Shown piece after piece: positions 9,915 through 19,619 of a DNA stretch of 25,974 bases; the stretch's first letter is position 1; each line of letters begins with the position of its first letter. A program made the translations under genes and the position numbers. The notes beneath the pieces were generated by a model, which saw only the letters and a list, made by a program, of their open reading frames with translations, searched no databases and had not been told where the DNA came from. This DNA is from Octopus sinensis (Eukaryota): assembly GCF_006345805.1 (NCBI RefSeq), contig NW_021835574.1, positions 1 through 25,974 on the forward strand. The letters run 5' to 3'.

Positions 9915-10072
9915 ATACTTATTTAATCGATCCCGAACGGATGAAAGGCAAAGTCCCGAACGGATGAAAGGCAAAGTCGACCTCGGCGGAATTTGAACTC
10001 AGAACATATCGGCAGACGAAATACGGCTACGCATTTCGCCCGGCGTCCTAACGTTTCTGCCAGAACGCAGCC
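9915..10072 (-). mobile_element. Family A SINE 5' part, with a 23-bp internal tandem duplication
   Basis: Matches the family A reverse complement; tcccgaacggatgaaaggcaaag occurs at 9931-9953 and 9954-9976. Confidence 0.85.
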
Positions 10073-10123
10073 CTAACTTTTTTCATATAATGTGGAAGAA
10101 GTTAAACTCCCATGCTTGCACAC

Positions 10124-10162
<39 letters not shown>

Positions 10163-10452
10163 CTCGGTGTTACGCAATGAGTTGAATCGTTGGTGAAATC
10201 GTGATATTCTGGTGATTGTATAAACTAGCTTTCTTTATTTGTACTAGTTTATGAATATACAATTGTATTGTATAATGCTGAGCTTACAAATCAATGTTAA
10301 CATGTAAGTATAATTTCTTCCACAATGAAATTAATACTACATGAAGAAGGTTGTGAAACGGTAGTAAGCCTCCGCATGTCGTGCGGTTAAATAAACATAT
10401 ATCCCACCTTTCATCCTCCCTGGTTTTATGGGTTATACACACACACACCCTT

Positions 10453-10517
10453 ATCTATCTATTAATCTGTGTATCTATTTATCTATCTATCTAACTATCT
10501 ATCTTTTAATCTGTCTC

Positions 10518-10574
<57 letters not shown>

Positions 10575-10638
10575 TTGTCTATCTACCTACCTATTTATCT
10601 ATCTATTTATCTAAGTATCTATCTATTTGTCTGTCTAC

Positions 10639-10702
<64 letters not shown>

Positions 10703-10777
10703 GTATCTATCTATCTATTTGTCTATCTACCTACCTATTTATCTATCTATTTATCTATGTATCTATCTATTTGTCCG

Positions 10778-10812
<35 letters not shown>

Positions 10813-10937
10813 ATCTATCCATCTATCTATCTATTTGTCTATCTACCTACCTATTTATCTATCTATTTATCTGTGTATCTATCTACTTGTCTATCTACCT
10901 ATCTATCTATCTATCTTTCTATCTATCCATCTATCTA
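10453..10937. repeat. (ATCT)n microsatellite with higher-order blocks
   Basis: Directly visible; followed by (ACAT)/(AT)/(AC) tracts to ~11180. Confidence 0.95.
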
Positions 10938-11121
10938 AATGTGTGTATATGCGCGACTATAAATCTAAATGCTTGTGCATATACATGTACCTATGTGTGC
11001 GTATACATGTGTGCATATAATTTATAAATATACATACATACATACATGCATACGTACATGAATATAAAACATATATCTAAGTATATATGAATGTATGTAT
11101 GTTTATATGTATTTAAGTAAG

Positions 11122-11152
<31 letters not shown>

Positions 11153-11885
11153 TCACACACACACACACACACACACACTATTACACTTATATCTATAAAA
11201 CATGTAAATGCATACCAATGCCATGCCTACCTGTTTCATTAGCTTTTGACATCTTTGAGCATCTTTTCTTTGCCATTTCTTACATTCCACTTTCTTTTGC
11301 GGTTTATTCTTGTTACGAAATCTTCAATTTCTATCTGTTTGTTTTCCCTTCTTTCACATTTCTCAACGACGTATGAGAATATTTAAATATATATTTAAAT
11401 AAATCCAAATGAATATTTGAATATATTTAAATATATTCCAGTATCTTGAAGCCGTGTATTAAGGCAGATATACAAAGGAAAATTCATAAATTGCTTGAAT
11501 AAAATACGCGTTCTGAGAAATATTCCGTTTAAAAAATTTGTAAACAAGTATTTACTGCTTAATATTAGAATTTACTCATCAATAGAAAATCAATATGGAA
11601 TCAATACGAATTAATACGTTTTTCTTTTCAATATCATTTCTCTGTCGTTGGAGTATGGCCATGCTGCAGCTCCGGTTTCTAGGATTTTTAGTTGATTCTC
11701 TTAATATTCGTTATTTTTTCTTTTTCTCCATTCTGCTATGTACTTTCTGAAACACTATTCATCGAATGGCTAAGTTTCGCTTTGATACAAAAGGAATTCT
11801 TTCGACAGTTTGTTCTATAAAGGGCTGTGTGGTGAGAAGGGGCGCTGGCGTTGTGGTGTGGTAAGAAGGAGGCGCAGGTAGAAAA

Positions 11886-12300
11886 GGCGGCGAGCTGGCA
11901 GAATCGTTAGCAAGCTGGGCGAAATGGTTAGCGGTATTTCTTCTGCCGTTACGTTCTGAGTTCAAATTCCGCCGAGGTCGACTTTGCTTTTCATCCTTTC
12001 GGGGTCGATTAAATAAGTACCAGTTACGCACTGGGGTCGATATAATCGACTTAATCCCTTTGTCTGTCCTTGTTCGTCCCCTCTGTGTTTAGCCCCTTGT
12101 GGGCAGTAAAGAAATAGGTATTTCGTCTGTCGTTACGTTCTGAGATCAAATTCCACCGAGGTCGACTTAGCTTTTCATCCTTTCGGGGTCGATTAAATAA
12201 GTACCAGTTGCGCACTGGAGTCGATGTAATCGACTTAATCCCTTTGTCTGTCCTTGTTCGTCCCTTCTGTGTTTAGCCCCTTGTGGGCAATAAAGAAATA
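11886..12300 (+). mobile_element. Family A SINE, dimeric body (tail A1)
   Basis: Head plus units starting at 11935 and 12119 (period 184); junction gaaataggtatttc at 12111-12124; no convincing TSD. Confidence 0.95.
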
Positions 12301-12580
12301 AATTATATGAAGGAAGTTGCGGAACAGCCATAATCCTAAGAATGGCGTGTGGTTAAATTCATACATATTCAATTATGAATATATAAAGTTGTGAACATTA
12401 CCGACCGCACATACTCAATGTATGTGTTTGCTTGTTCGCCAGCACGCTGCGGTGTGGAGTGGTGTGGTGACTCCCTCAAGGGTATGGGTGTTCAAAACAC
12501 CTGAAATTCATAGACAAGCGAAACAAATCACCCGTAATCCCATCCAGGAGTGATGGGGTACCGATATTTTACCATTTTTG

Positions 12581-12670
12581 GTAGTGGTGGTGGGTGGGGG
12601 GTTAGCAGTAGCAGCAGTAGTAGTAGTAGTAGTATCATCATCATCATCATTATTACTATTACTATTATTT

Positions 12671-12731
<61 letters not shown>

Positions 12732-12790
12732 CATTATTATTATTATTATTATTATCATTATTATTATTATTGTCGTTGTTGTTGTTGTTG

Positions 12791-12839
<49 letters not shown>

Positions 12840-12846
12840 CATTAAT
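12581..12846. repeat. Compound trinucleotide microsatellite (GGT/TAG/CAT/TAT/GTT)
   Basis: Directly visible. Confidence 0.95.
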
Positions 12847-13403
12847 TAGAGAAGTTAAATAAGCCAGAAAGTAGAATGCATTCAATATAAGGCAGGTGTA
12901 TTATTGTAGCAGTATCATAAATATATCTGTATATATAGCTAGACGGTTACCGAATTGTTCCATAGGATAATTAACCGTTCCTGAACGGGAAAAATAACAG
13001 TTAAATAATCAGACACGGTTGGCTGAAAGCGTATATCTGGAGTTATTTTGCACTGAAGATACAAATGAAAAGATCCAAAGAAAAAAACTTCCAGAGACTT
13101 CTTTTGGGGTAAAAACGAAAAAAAAAAGAAGAAACGGAACGAAAACACGAGCACAATATGAAATGCAAATATTATCAATAAGAAACAGCTTGAATGCATC
13201 TATATATCTCTTGAATCTGTTGTGGATGTCAAAAGCAGAAAAGATAGCAAGATGAGTGGGAACACTCTAAAGGCGAACTTCTACCGCACGCTGCCCTCAC
13301 GAAAGAAAATACACTTTATCGAACTGGTCTAGCACTAGTATATGTGCGTGGTCGGTATATATACCTGTGTGTTCATGTATGTATGAATGTATATATATAT
13401 ATT

Positions 13404-13438
13404 CTTTTACTATTTTACTTGTTTCAGTCATTTGACTG

Positions 13439-13440
<2 letters not shown>
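13404..13440 (-). mobile_element. Family B SINE extreme 3' tail fragment
   Basis: ttcttttactattttacttgtttcagtcatttgactgcg, then (AT)n. Confidence 0.7.
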
Positions 13441-13473
<33 letters not shown>

Positions 13474-13485
<12 letters not shown>

Positions 13486-13728
13486 CAACAATATTAAGGA
13501 ATGGCCCTGATAGGTCATTCGACTCACTAGAAAGAGCAGCCAAACTCAAACCGCTAAATAGTTGTAATTCTGAAACCAAAGGAGAAATAAAAACATTTAC
13601 CCTTATCATTTTTATTTCTCCTTTGGTTTCAGAATTACAACTATTTAGCGGTTTGAGTTTGGCTGCTCTTTCTAGTGAGTCGAATGGCCTATCAGGGCCA
13701 TTCCTTAATATTGTTGAAATTATATATA
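13474..13728. mobile_element. 255-bp foldback/MITE-like palindrome (120-bp arms, 15-nt spacer) in (TA)n
   Basis: Arms 13474-13593 and 13609-13728 are reverse complements except T13515/G13687. The palindrome is certain; the MITE interpretation is inferred. Confidence 0.7.
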
Positions 13729-13814
13729 GTAGTAGTCTGTGACTATTTTTTTCTTTCTCACTAGACCGCTGGTGGCGATAGATTTTTCTTGAATTTTTTG
13801 CTACCCTTCTATTG

Positions 13815-13861
<47 letters not shown>

Positions 13862-14324
13862 CCGTGTTTCCCTGAAAATAAGACCTACTTCGAAAATAAG
13901 CCCTACCATGATTTTTCCAGGATGTTTTTAATATAAGTCCTAGCCCGAAAATAAGACCTAGTCAAAAATGCAAAGTTATATTGCTAAACATGAAAGATTG
14001 GGGTCCATGATTCTACAGGAAATAGATTAGCTAGAAATTCAGTCTGAAGTTCGGGGTTTGATTATTTATGACGGTGTTCCAGAAGAGGACTAAATGTTTG
14101 TACTTGACTAAAAACAATAAACAAATAAATAAACTTTTTATAACTAAAAACATGGGTTACCGGTTTACAATTGTTTTTTTTTTTTTTTTACATGAGGGCA
14201 TGAGACATTTTTGTTTTTCTTGGATTTTTTCCGCTAAAATATGACATCGTCCGAAAATAAACTCTGTGCGTTTTTTGGATGCAAAATTAGTTTTAGACCG
14301 GGTTTTATTTTCAGAGAAATAAGG
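13862..14324. mobile_element. Non-autonomous Tc1/mariner-superfamily (Tc2-like) DNA transposon
   Basis: Left TIR TA|ccgtgtttccctgaaaataagacc; right end ggttttattttcagagaaataagg (20/24 match as reverse complement); subterminal gaaaataag(a/c)cct repeats; TA on the left only. Confidence 0.7.
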
Positions 14325-14374
14325 CTGGAGTGTATGTATATGTGTGTGTGTGTATGCTTGTATAAACTCACTGG

Positions 14375-14540
14375 GCTTCCACAAAATTCCTGTTTACCGG
14401 ATACATTCACAAAGCATTAGTCGGTCCGGGCTATTCTGGAGGTTGTAGAAGACACAGGTCTAAAGTTACGAGCAGTGGGGCTGAACTCAAAACCACGTCG
14501 TTTCAACCAAGCTTCTTAACCATACACAAATGCCTACGCC
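14375..14540 (-). mobile_element. Family B SINE 5' half, diverged
   Basis: gggcttccacaaaattcc...tcacaaagcattagtcggtccgggcta...gcagtggggctgaactc...aagcttcttaaccatac...cctacgcc. Confidence 0.75.
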
Positions 14541-15059
14541 CACAGATGTATGTATGTATATAAAAGACAAACTATACAGAAAGTGAAGGCATTAAATATA
14601 CATAAAGTAAAGGCCTTTAAAATACATTAACTGAGGAGACCAAAACATGACAAAGGAAGGAGCTGCTAAATGGAAGTATGTACAGAATGTTAAAGAAACC
14701 TGTTGTTGCTAAGCGTAAAAAAATAACAACGCATTGGAAAAACTAGAGAAAGCTCCTCATTGATCCTGGAAGTTAAGTATCGATCCATCCTACTTTATGG
14801 AAATGATCATGGAAAAACAAAGGCTTCAAAATATCAATCCTTTTATCTTTCAAATAAATGGTTACACTTACGTAGAGACGGAGAATGCACACGGAGATAT
14901 AAAGTGTTCGTTGAGGGGTCCCCTGCTTAGATGTACCTTTAGATTCTTCGCTACAAACGAATCGCCGGGGAAAGAAATCTATCCATTAAAACGAGTCTAA
15001 TCAACAACGGCGATTCTTGTAACTTAATGGACAAGGCTGTAGATCACTGCAATCCGCAA

Positions 15060-15192
15060 AACACAGCGCAACACACACATACACACACACACACACATAC
15101 ATACATAAATACATACATACATACATACATACATACATACATACATGCATACATGCATACATACATGCATGCATACAAACATGCATACAAAC
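15060..15192. repeat. (AC)n/(ACAT)n microsatellite
   Basis: Directly visible. Confidence 0.9.
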
Positions 15193-15307
15193 ATCAGCTA
15201 CCCTAGCTAATAAAAATACGCAACCACCGTATACCTGCGTATTACACGAATTGATTGCATACGTACTACATAATAGTCAAACGTGTTATAACAATAAATT
15301 CTTGTGG

Positions 15308-15496
15308 AAGCACATGGCCTAGTGGTTAGAGCAGCGGACTCGCGGTCGATGGATCACGGGTTCGAATATCAGACCGGGTGATGTGTGCGTTTATGAGCGA
15401 AACACCAAAGATCCACGCGGCTCCGGCAGAAGGTAATGCCGAACTTCTGCTGACTCTTTCGCCACAACTTTCTCTCACTCTTTCCTCCTGCATCTT
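15308..15496 (+). mobile_element. Family C SINE, 3'-truncated
   Basis: High similarity to 2208-2396. Confidence 0.85.
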
Positions 15497-15642
15497 TTGT
15501 AGTAAATTCGACTTACAGCTGTTTCGAGTAATCGTTATATTTTCGTTATTCATAGGTTTACTCAACCGATCATTTGCCCGGCTAACAATAACGAACCTAC
15601 AATGACTACTGGAAACCGCTGTAAGTCAAAGTTTACTACAAA
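15496..15642. repeat. Imperfect 147-bp inverted repeat (~35-bp arms)
   Basis: Left arm tttgtagtaaattcgacttacagctgtttcgagta versus right arm tactggaaaccgctgtaagtcaaagtttactacaaa. Confidence 0.75.
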
Positions 15643-15652
15643 GAAAATATAT

Positions 15653-15814
15653 GGCGTAGGAGTGGTTGTGTGGTAAGTAGCTTGCTTATGAACCACATGG
15701 TTCCGGGTTCAGTCCCACTGCGTGGCACCTTGGGCAAGTGTCTTCTGCTATAGCCTTGGGCCGACCAATGCCTTGTGAGTGGATTTGGTAGACGGAAACT
15801 GAAAGAAGCCCATC

Positions 15815-15884
<70 letters not shown>

Positions 15885-16113
15885 ATATGTATGCATTATG
15901 TATGTGTGTGTATATGCTTGTGTGTCTGTGTTTATCCCCCAACATCGCTTGACAACCGATGCTGGTGTCTTTACGTCCCTGTAACATAGCGGTTCGGCAA
16001 AATAGACCGATAAAATAAGTACTAGGCTTACAAAGAATAAGTCCTGGGATCGATTTGCTCGATTAAAGGCGGTGCTCCAGCATGGCTGAAACAAGGAAAA
16101 GAGTAAAAAAGAG
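15653..16113 (+). mobile_element. Family B SINE, near full length (tRNA-like head, CORE-like segment, internal TA/TG microsatellite, conserved 3' half)
   Basis: A-box-like gtgtggtaag, B-box-like gggttcagtccc, CORE-like tggcaccttgggcaagtgtcttct, microsatellite ~15815-15915, (AAAAGAGT)-type tail. The CORE assignment is by recalled resemblance. Confidence 0.9.
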
Positions 16114-16179
16114 AGCATGTACCGACCGAAATTGCTGGTCTTGTGCTTAAATTTGAAACCAATATTTTTCCGTTGGATA

Positions 16180-16409
16180 GGGCATCGAGCTGGCAGAATT
16201 CTTGCCATGCCGGAAGAAATGCTTAGTAAAGAAATAGGTATTTCGTCTGCTGTTACGTTCTGGGTTCAAATTCCGCCGAGGTCGACTTTGCCTTTCATCC
16301 TTTCGGGGTCGATAAATTAAGCACCAGTTGAGTACTTGGGTCGATCTAATCGACGGGCCCCTGCCTCCAAAACTTTCGAACCTTGTACCTACAGTAGAAA
16401 AGAATATTT
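16180..16409 (+). mobile_element. Family A SINE carrying an A1 junction remnant and an A2 tail
   Basis: Head, then agtaaagaaata-ggtatttc (junction 16231-16244), body, and tail ccaaaactttcgaaccttgtacctacagtagaaaagaata. Confidence 0.85.
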
Positions 16410-16420
16410 CTTCGTTGGTT

Positions 16421-16615
16421 GAGACAGAGAGCTGGCAAGCGAAATGCTTTGCGGCATTCCTTCTGTCCTTACGTACTGAGTTCAAATTCCGTCGAGATTG
16501 GCTTTACTTTTCATTCTTTCAGGGTTGATAAATGAAGTACCAGTGAAACACTGGGGTCCATGTAATCGACTAGTCCTCTCCCCCAAAATTTCAAACTTTG
16601 TGCATTTAGTAAAAA
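16421..16615 (+). mobile_element. Family A SINE, tail A2, head partly deleted
   Basis: gagctggcaagcgaaatgc...gagttcaaattcc...atcgactagtcctctcccccaaaatttc. Confidence 0.8.
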
Positions 16616-16631
16616 CGGTTATTAGTATATT

Positions 16632-16862
16632 CATTTCTTTATTGCCCACAAGGGGCTATACACAGAGGGGACAAACAAGGATAGACACACGTATTAAGTC
16701 GATTATATCGACCCCAGTGCGTAACTGGTACTTAATTTATCGACCCCGAAAGGATGAAATCAAAGTCGATTTCGGCAGAATTTGAACTCAGAACGTACAG
16801 GCAGACGAAATACGGCTACGCATTTCGCCCGGCGTGCTAACGATTCTGCCAGCTCGCCGCCT
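16632..16862 (-). mobile_element. Family A SINE monomer (tail A1) with a perfect 22-bp TSD
   Basis: taaaaacggttattagtatatt at both 16610-16631 and 16863-16884. Confidence 0.95.
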
Positions 16863-16889
16863 TAAAAACGGTTATTAGTATATTGTTAA

Positions 16890-17098
16890 GGCGACGAGCT
16901 GGCAGAATCGTTAACACGTCGAGTGAAAATGCCAAGCGGCATTTCGTCTGTCTTTATGTTCTGAGCTCAATTTCAACTTTGCCTTTCATCCTTTTCAGGG
17001 TCGATAAAATAAACATCAGTTGATCAATGGGATCAATGTAATCGACTCACAGCCTCCTCCTAGCTTGCCGGCCTCGTGCCAAAATTAGAAAACAGTTT
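16890..17098 (+). mobile_element. Family A SINE, diverged, A2-type tail
   Basis: ggcgacgagctggcagaatcgttaacac...ttgcctttcatcc...aatcgactcacagcctcctcc. Confidence 0.8.
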
Positions 17099-17384
17099 CT
17101 TTTTTTCGTTCCTTCCTAAGAGAATCATAACAATATTACTATTTCGAAGTTCTTTGTCTTTGAATTTTTCTTTGTCCTTCACAATGACTATTGAGTTTCA
17201 TCTCAAAACTCTAGTCATGAAATTTACAACAACTGAATCGATAATTTCATCATGAATTGCCTACAACAAACCATCGTTTCTACATATATTTCCTCTTGTC
17301 ATTGTAATAGATAAAGCGTGTAACGACTCATGAATATGCATAACCTCTCTGGCTTTTTGGACATTAGCATCGGGATACCGCCAA

Positions 17385-17772
17385 TACATGAATACATACA
17401 TATATGTGTGTGTATGTCTGTCAGTCTGTCTGTCTGTCTGTGTGCATGTATGTATGTATGTATGTATGTATGTGTATATGTATATGTACATATATATATG
17501 TGTGTATATATGTATATATATATATTTGCATGTGTGTATATATGTGTATATATATACATATATACATATATATGTATATATGCATACATTTATATATATA
17601 TATATGCATATATACATATATATATATATATGTAAAGATGCATATATATATATATATATACACTCACACGTACACACAGAGACATATATATATATATATA
17701 TACATACATACATACATACATACATACATACATACGTACGTACGTACATACATACATACATACATACATACA

Positions 17773-17807
<35 letters not shown>

Positions 17808-17810
17808 GTA
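17385..17810. repeat. Compound (TATG)/(TA)/(ACAT) microsatellite
   Basis: Directly visible. Confidence 0.95.
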
Positions 17811-18472
17811 AAAGGTATTGGTATCTAGAAGACCCAATGAGTGGCAGGTAATGCTAAGTAAGTGCTAAGGATAGACCATAGTTAAACTCTTGATACTAGT
17901 GAGGGGTTTAATGTGGGTCATGTACTAGCATGCATATATGTATATATTAGACAAGAATCGATAGCAAGGCCAAGGCTGCGAGGAGTTTTCAGGACATTTA
18001 TAAGGGAAGAGATATAGTCTTACAGCTGTTTCTGGGATATTATGGATATCCCTTCATCAGAGACGATGTTAGAGAGGTAAATGTTTGAGTTCGAAATAAG
18101 GAAATTATTATGGAAAAGGAGGAGATAGGACATTAGAGGAAAATAGGGCGACAGAGGTGAGAAAAGGAGTGTTCGTTGGTGGTCAAGATAATGTGAAGTG
18201 GATGGAAGAGGAGTGGAGGAGGGGTGGATGGGAAGAGATTAGAAGGTAAGGAGTGAATAAGTGTGAGATATGTGAGTAGGGGTGTTATGATAGGGATGCA
18301 ATAAAGGATGGGTAGAGGAAATGTATGGGTGGGGTGATACTAAAGTGAGTAGTAGTATTAGTAATAAAATTTAAAGTGGAGGGAAGAATACAAGGATGTC
18401 AAAATTTCTATAAATAGACGTATGTGATAGGTTGGTGTGATAGGTCGGAAGCAGGGTGGAGGAGAGAAGGTA
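17811..18472 (-). mobile_element. Putative Penelope-like element terminal (pLTR/3'UTR) fragment
   Basis: On the minus strand a C/T-rich ~400-nt tract leads into a hammerhead motif, the usual layout of PLE ends. No RT or GIY-YIG coding sequence is seen and the boundaries are approximate. Confidence 0.5.
18017..18064 (-). ncRNA. Minimal type I hammerhead ribozyme motif
   Basis: Minus strand: gtct CTGATGA a gggatat-ccata-atatccc a GAAA c-agct-g TA agac. Stem I is gtct/agac, stem II is 7 bp, stem III is the palindrome ACAGCTGT, and the predicted cut follows GUA (between 18021 and 18020). Confidence 0.75.
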
Positions 18473-18630
18473 TCTTTCGCCACAACTTTCTCTCACTCTT
18501 TCTTCTGTTGGCCTGCTCGCTTAGCCTGCGGGGTAGCGTCATTTGAAGGCTAAAACAATGCGAAGCGCATTGTGACCAGCGATGTGTAGCAACATCTGAT
18601 AGCCTGGTCGGTTACGGTGATCACGGTGAT
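18473..18630 (+). mobile_element. Family C-related SINE 3' fragment with a different tail ending in acggtgatcacggtgat
   Basis: Shares ctttcgccacaactttctctcactctttc with 2357-2386 and 15455-15485, then diverges. Confidence 0.65.
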
Positions 18631-18782
18631 GTATATATGTATGTATATATGTATGTATGTATGCGTAATGCCCCGAAGCTACAGCCGTGGATCCTTGACC
18701 AAAGGTCGTTTCTATTTGTTGGGATCAGATCCAAGACCGCCTGATCGCAAAACAAGCTTTCTCCTCCACATAAACATATCCA

Positions 18783-19029
18783 CTCTTTTACTCTTTTACT
18801 TGTTTCAGTCATTTGACTGTGGCCATGCTGGAGCAGCGCCTTTAGTAGAGCAAATCGACCCCAGGACTTATTCTTTGCAAGCCTAGTACTTATTCTATCA
18901 GTCTCTTTTGCCGAACCACTAAGTTACGGGGACGTAAACACACCAACATCGGTTGTCAAGAGATGTTGGGGCGGGGAACAAACACAGACATACAAATATA
19001 TACACACAACCACACACACACACACACAT

Positions 19030-19080
<51 letters not shown>

Positions 19081-19619
19081 CGTTCAGGAAAATTTAGATT
19101 CAAATGAATATGGTACTTAAGTTAGATGCAACAGAATATTCTTTAGTCAGAAGATAAATTCTAACACATTAATGTTCTTAACTTTCAAATCAACATCTCT
19201 ATCTATATATCTACCCTCTTTATAATGTTATCAATTAACACAAAAAATAAGTATATGTATTGATGGAAAACCTCTATAAATGGCTGATGATTGCTCAACA
19301 TTTTAAAACTGTTCTAATACTTACAATGTTTAATAAAATGATGTAGCGTGAAACGATCGTACCAAATTACCGAAGATATTCTTGTGTTTATTTTGAGTAT
19401 ATATATATATATATATATATATAGATATATATATATATATAATATATATATATATATAATATATATATATATACGACGGGCTACCAAACCCACTCACGAG
19501 GATTTGGTCGGCCCGAGGCTATAGTAGATGACACTTGTCCAAAGTGTCACGCAATGGGACTGAACTCGGAACCATGTGGTTCGTAAGCAAATTACTTACC
19601 ACACAGCCACTCCTACGCC
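18783..19619 (-). mobile_element. Family B SINE with a 317-bp AT-rich insertion (19081-19397) within its (TA)n tract
   Basis: 3' half 18783-~19080 and 5' half 19474-19619 both match the full copy. Confidence 0.85.

Noticed and set aside
13344-13909. Overlapping ORFs on both strands with the same peptide (ISTILRNGPDR...)
   Set aside because: This follows directly from the 255-bp palindrome and flanking (TA)n; there is no protein signature.
14797-15000. 67-aa ORF in unique DNA (also 13019-13255 and 24193-24451)
   Set aside because: Short, no motifs and no splice support; consistent with chance ORFs.
18680-18775. Very degenerate minus-strand family B-like head
   Set aside because: Similarity is too weak to call by eye.
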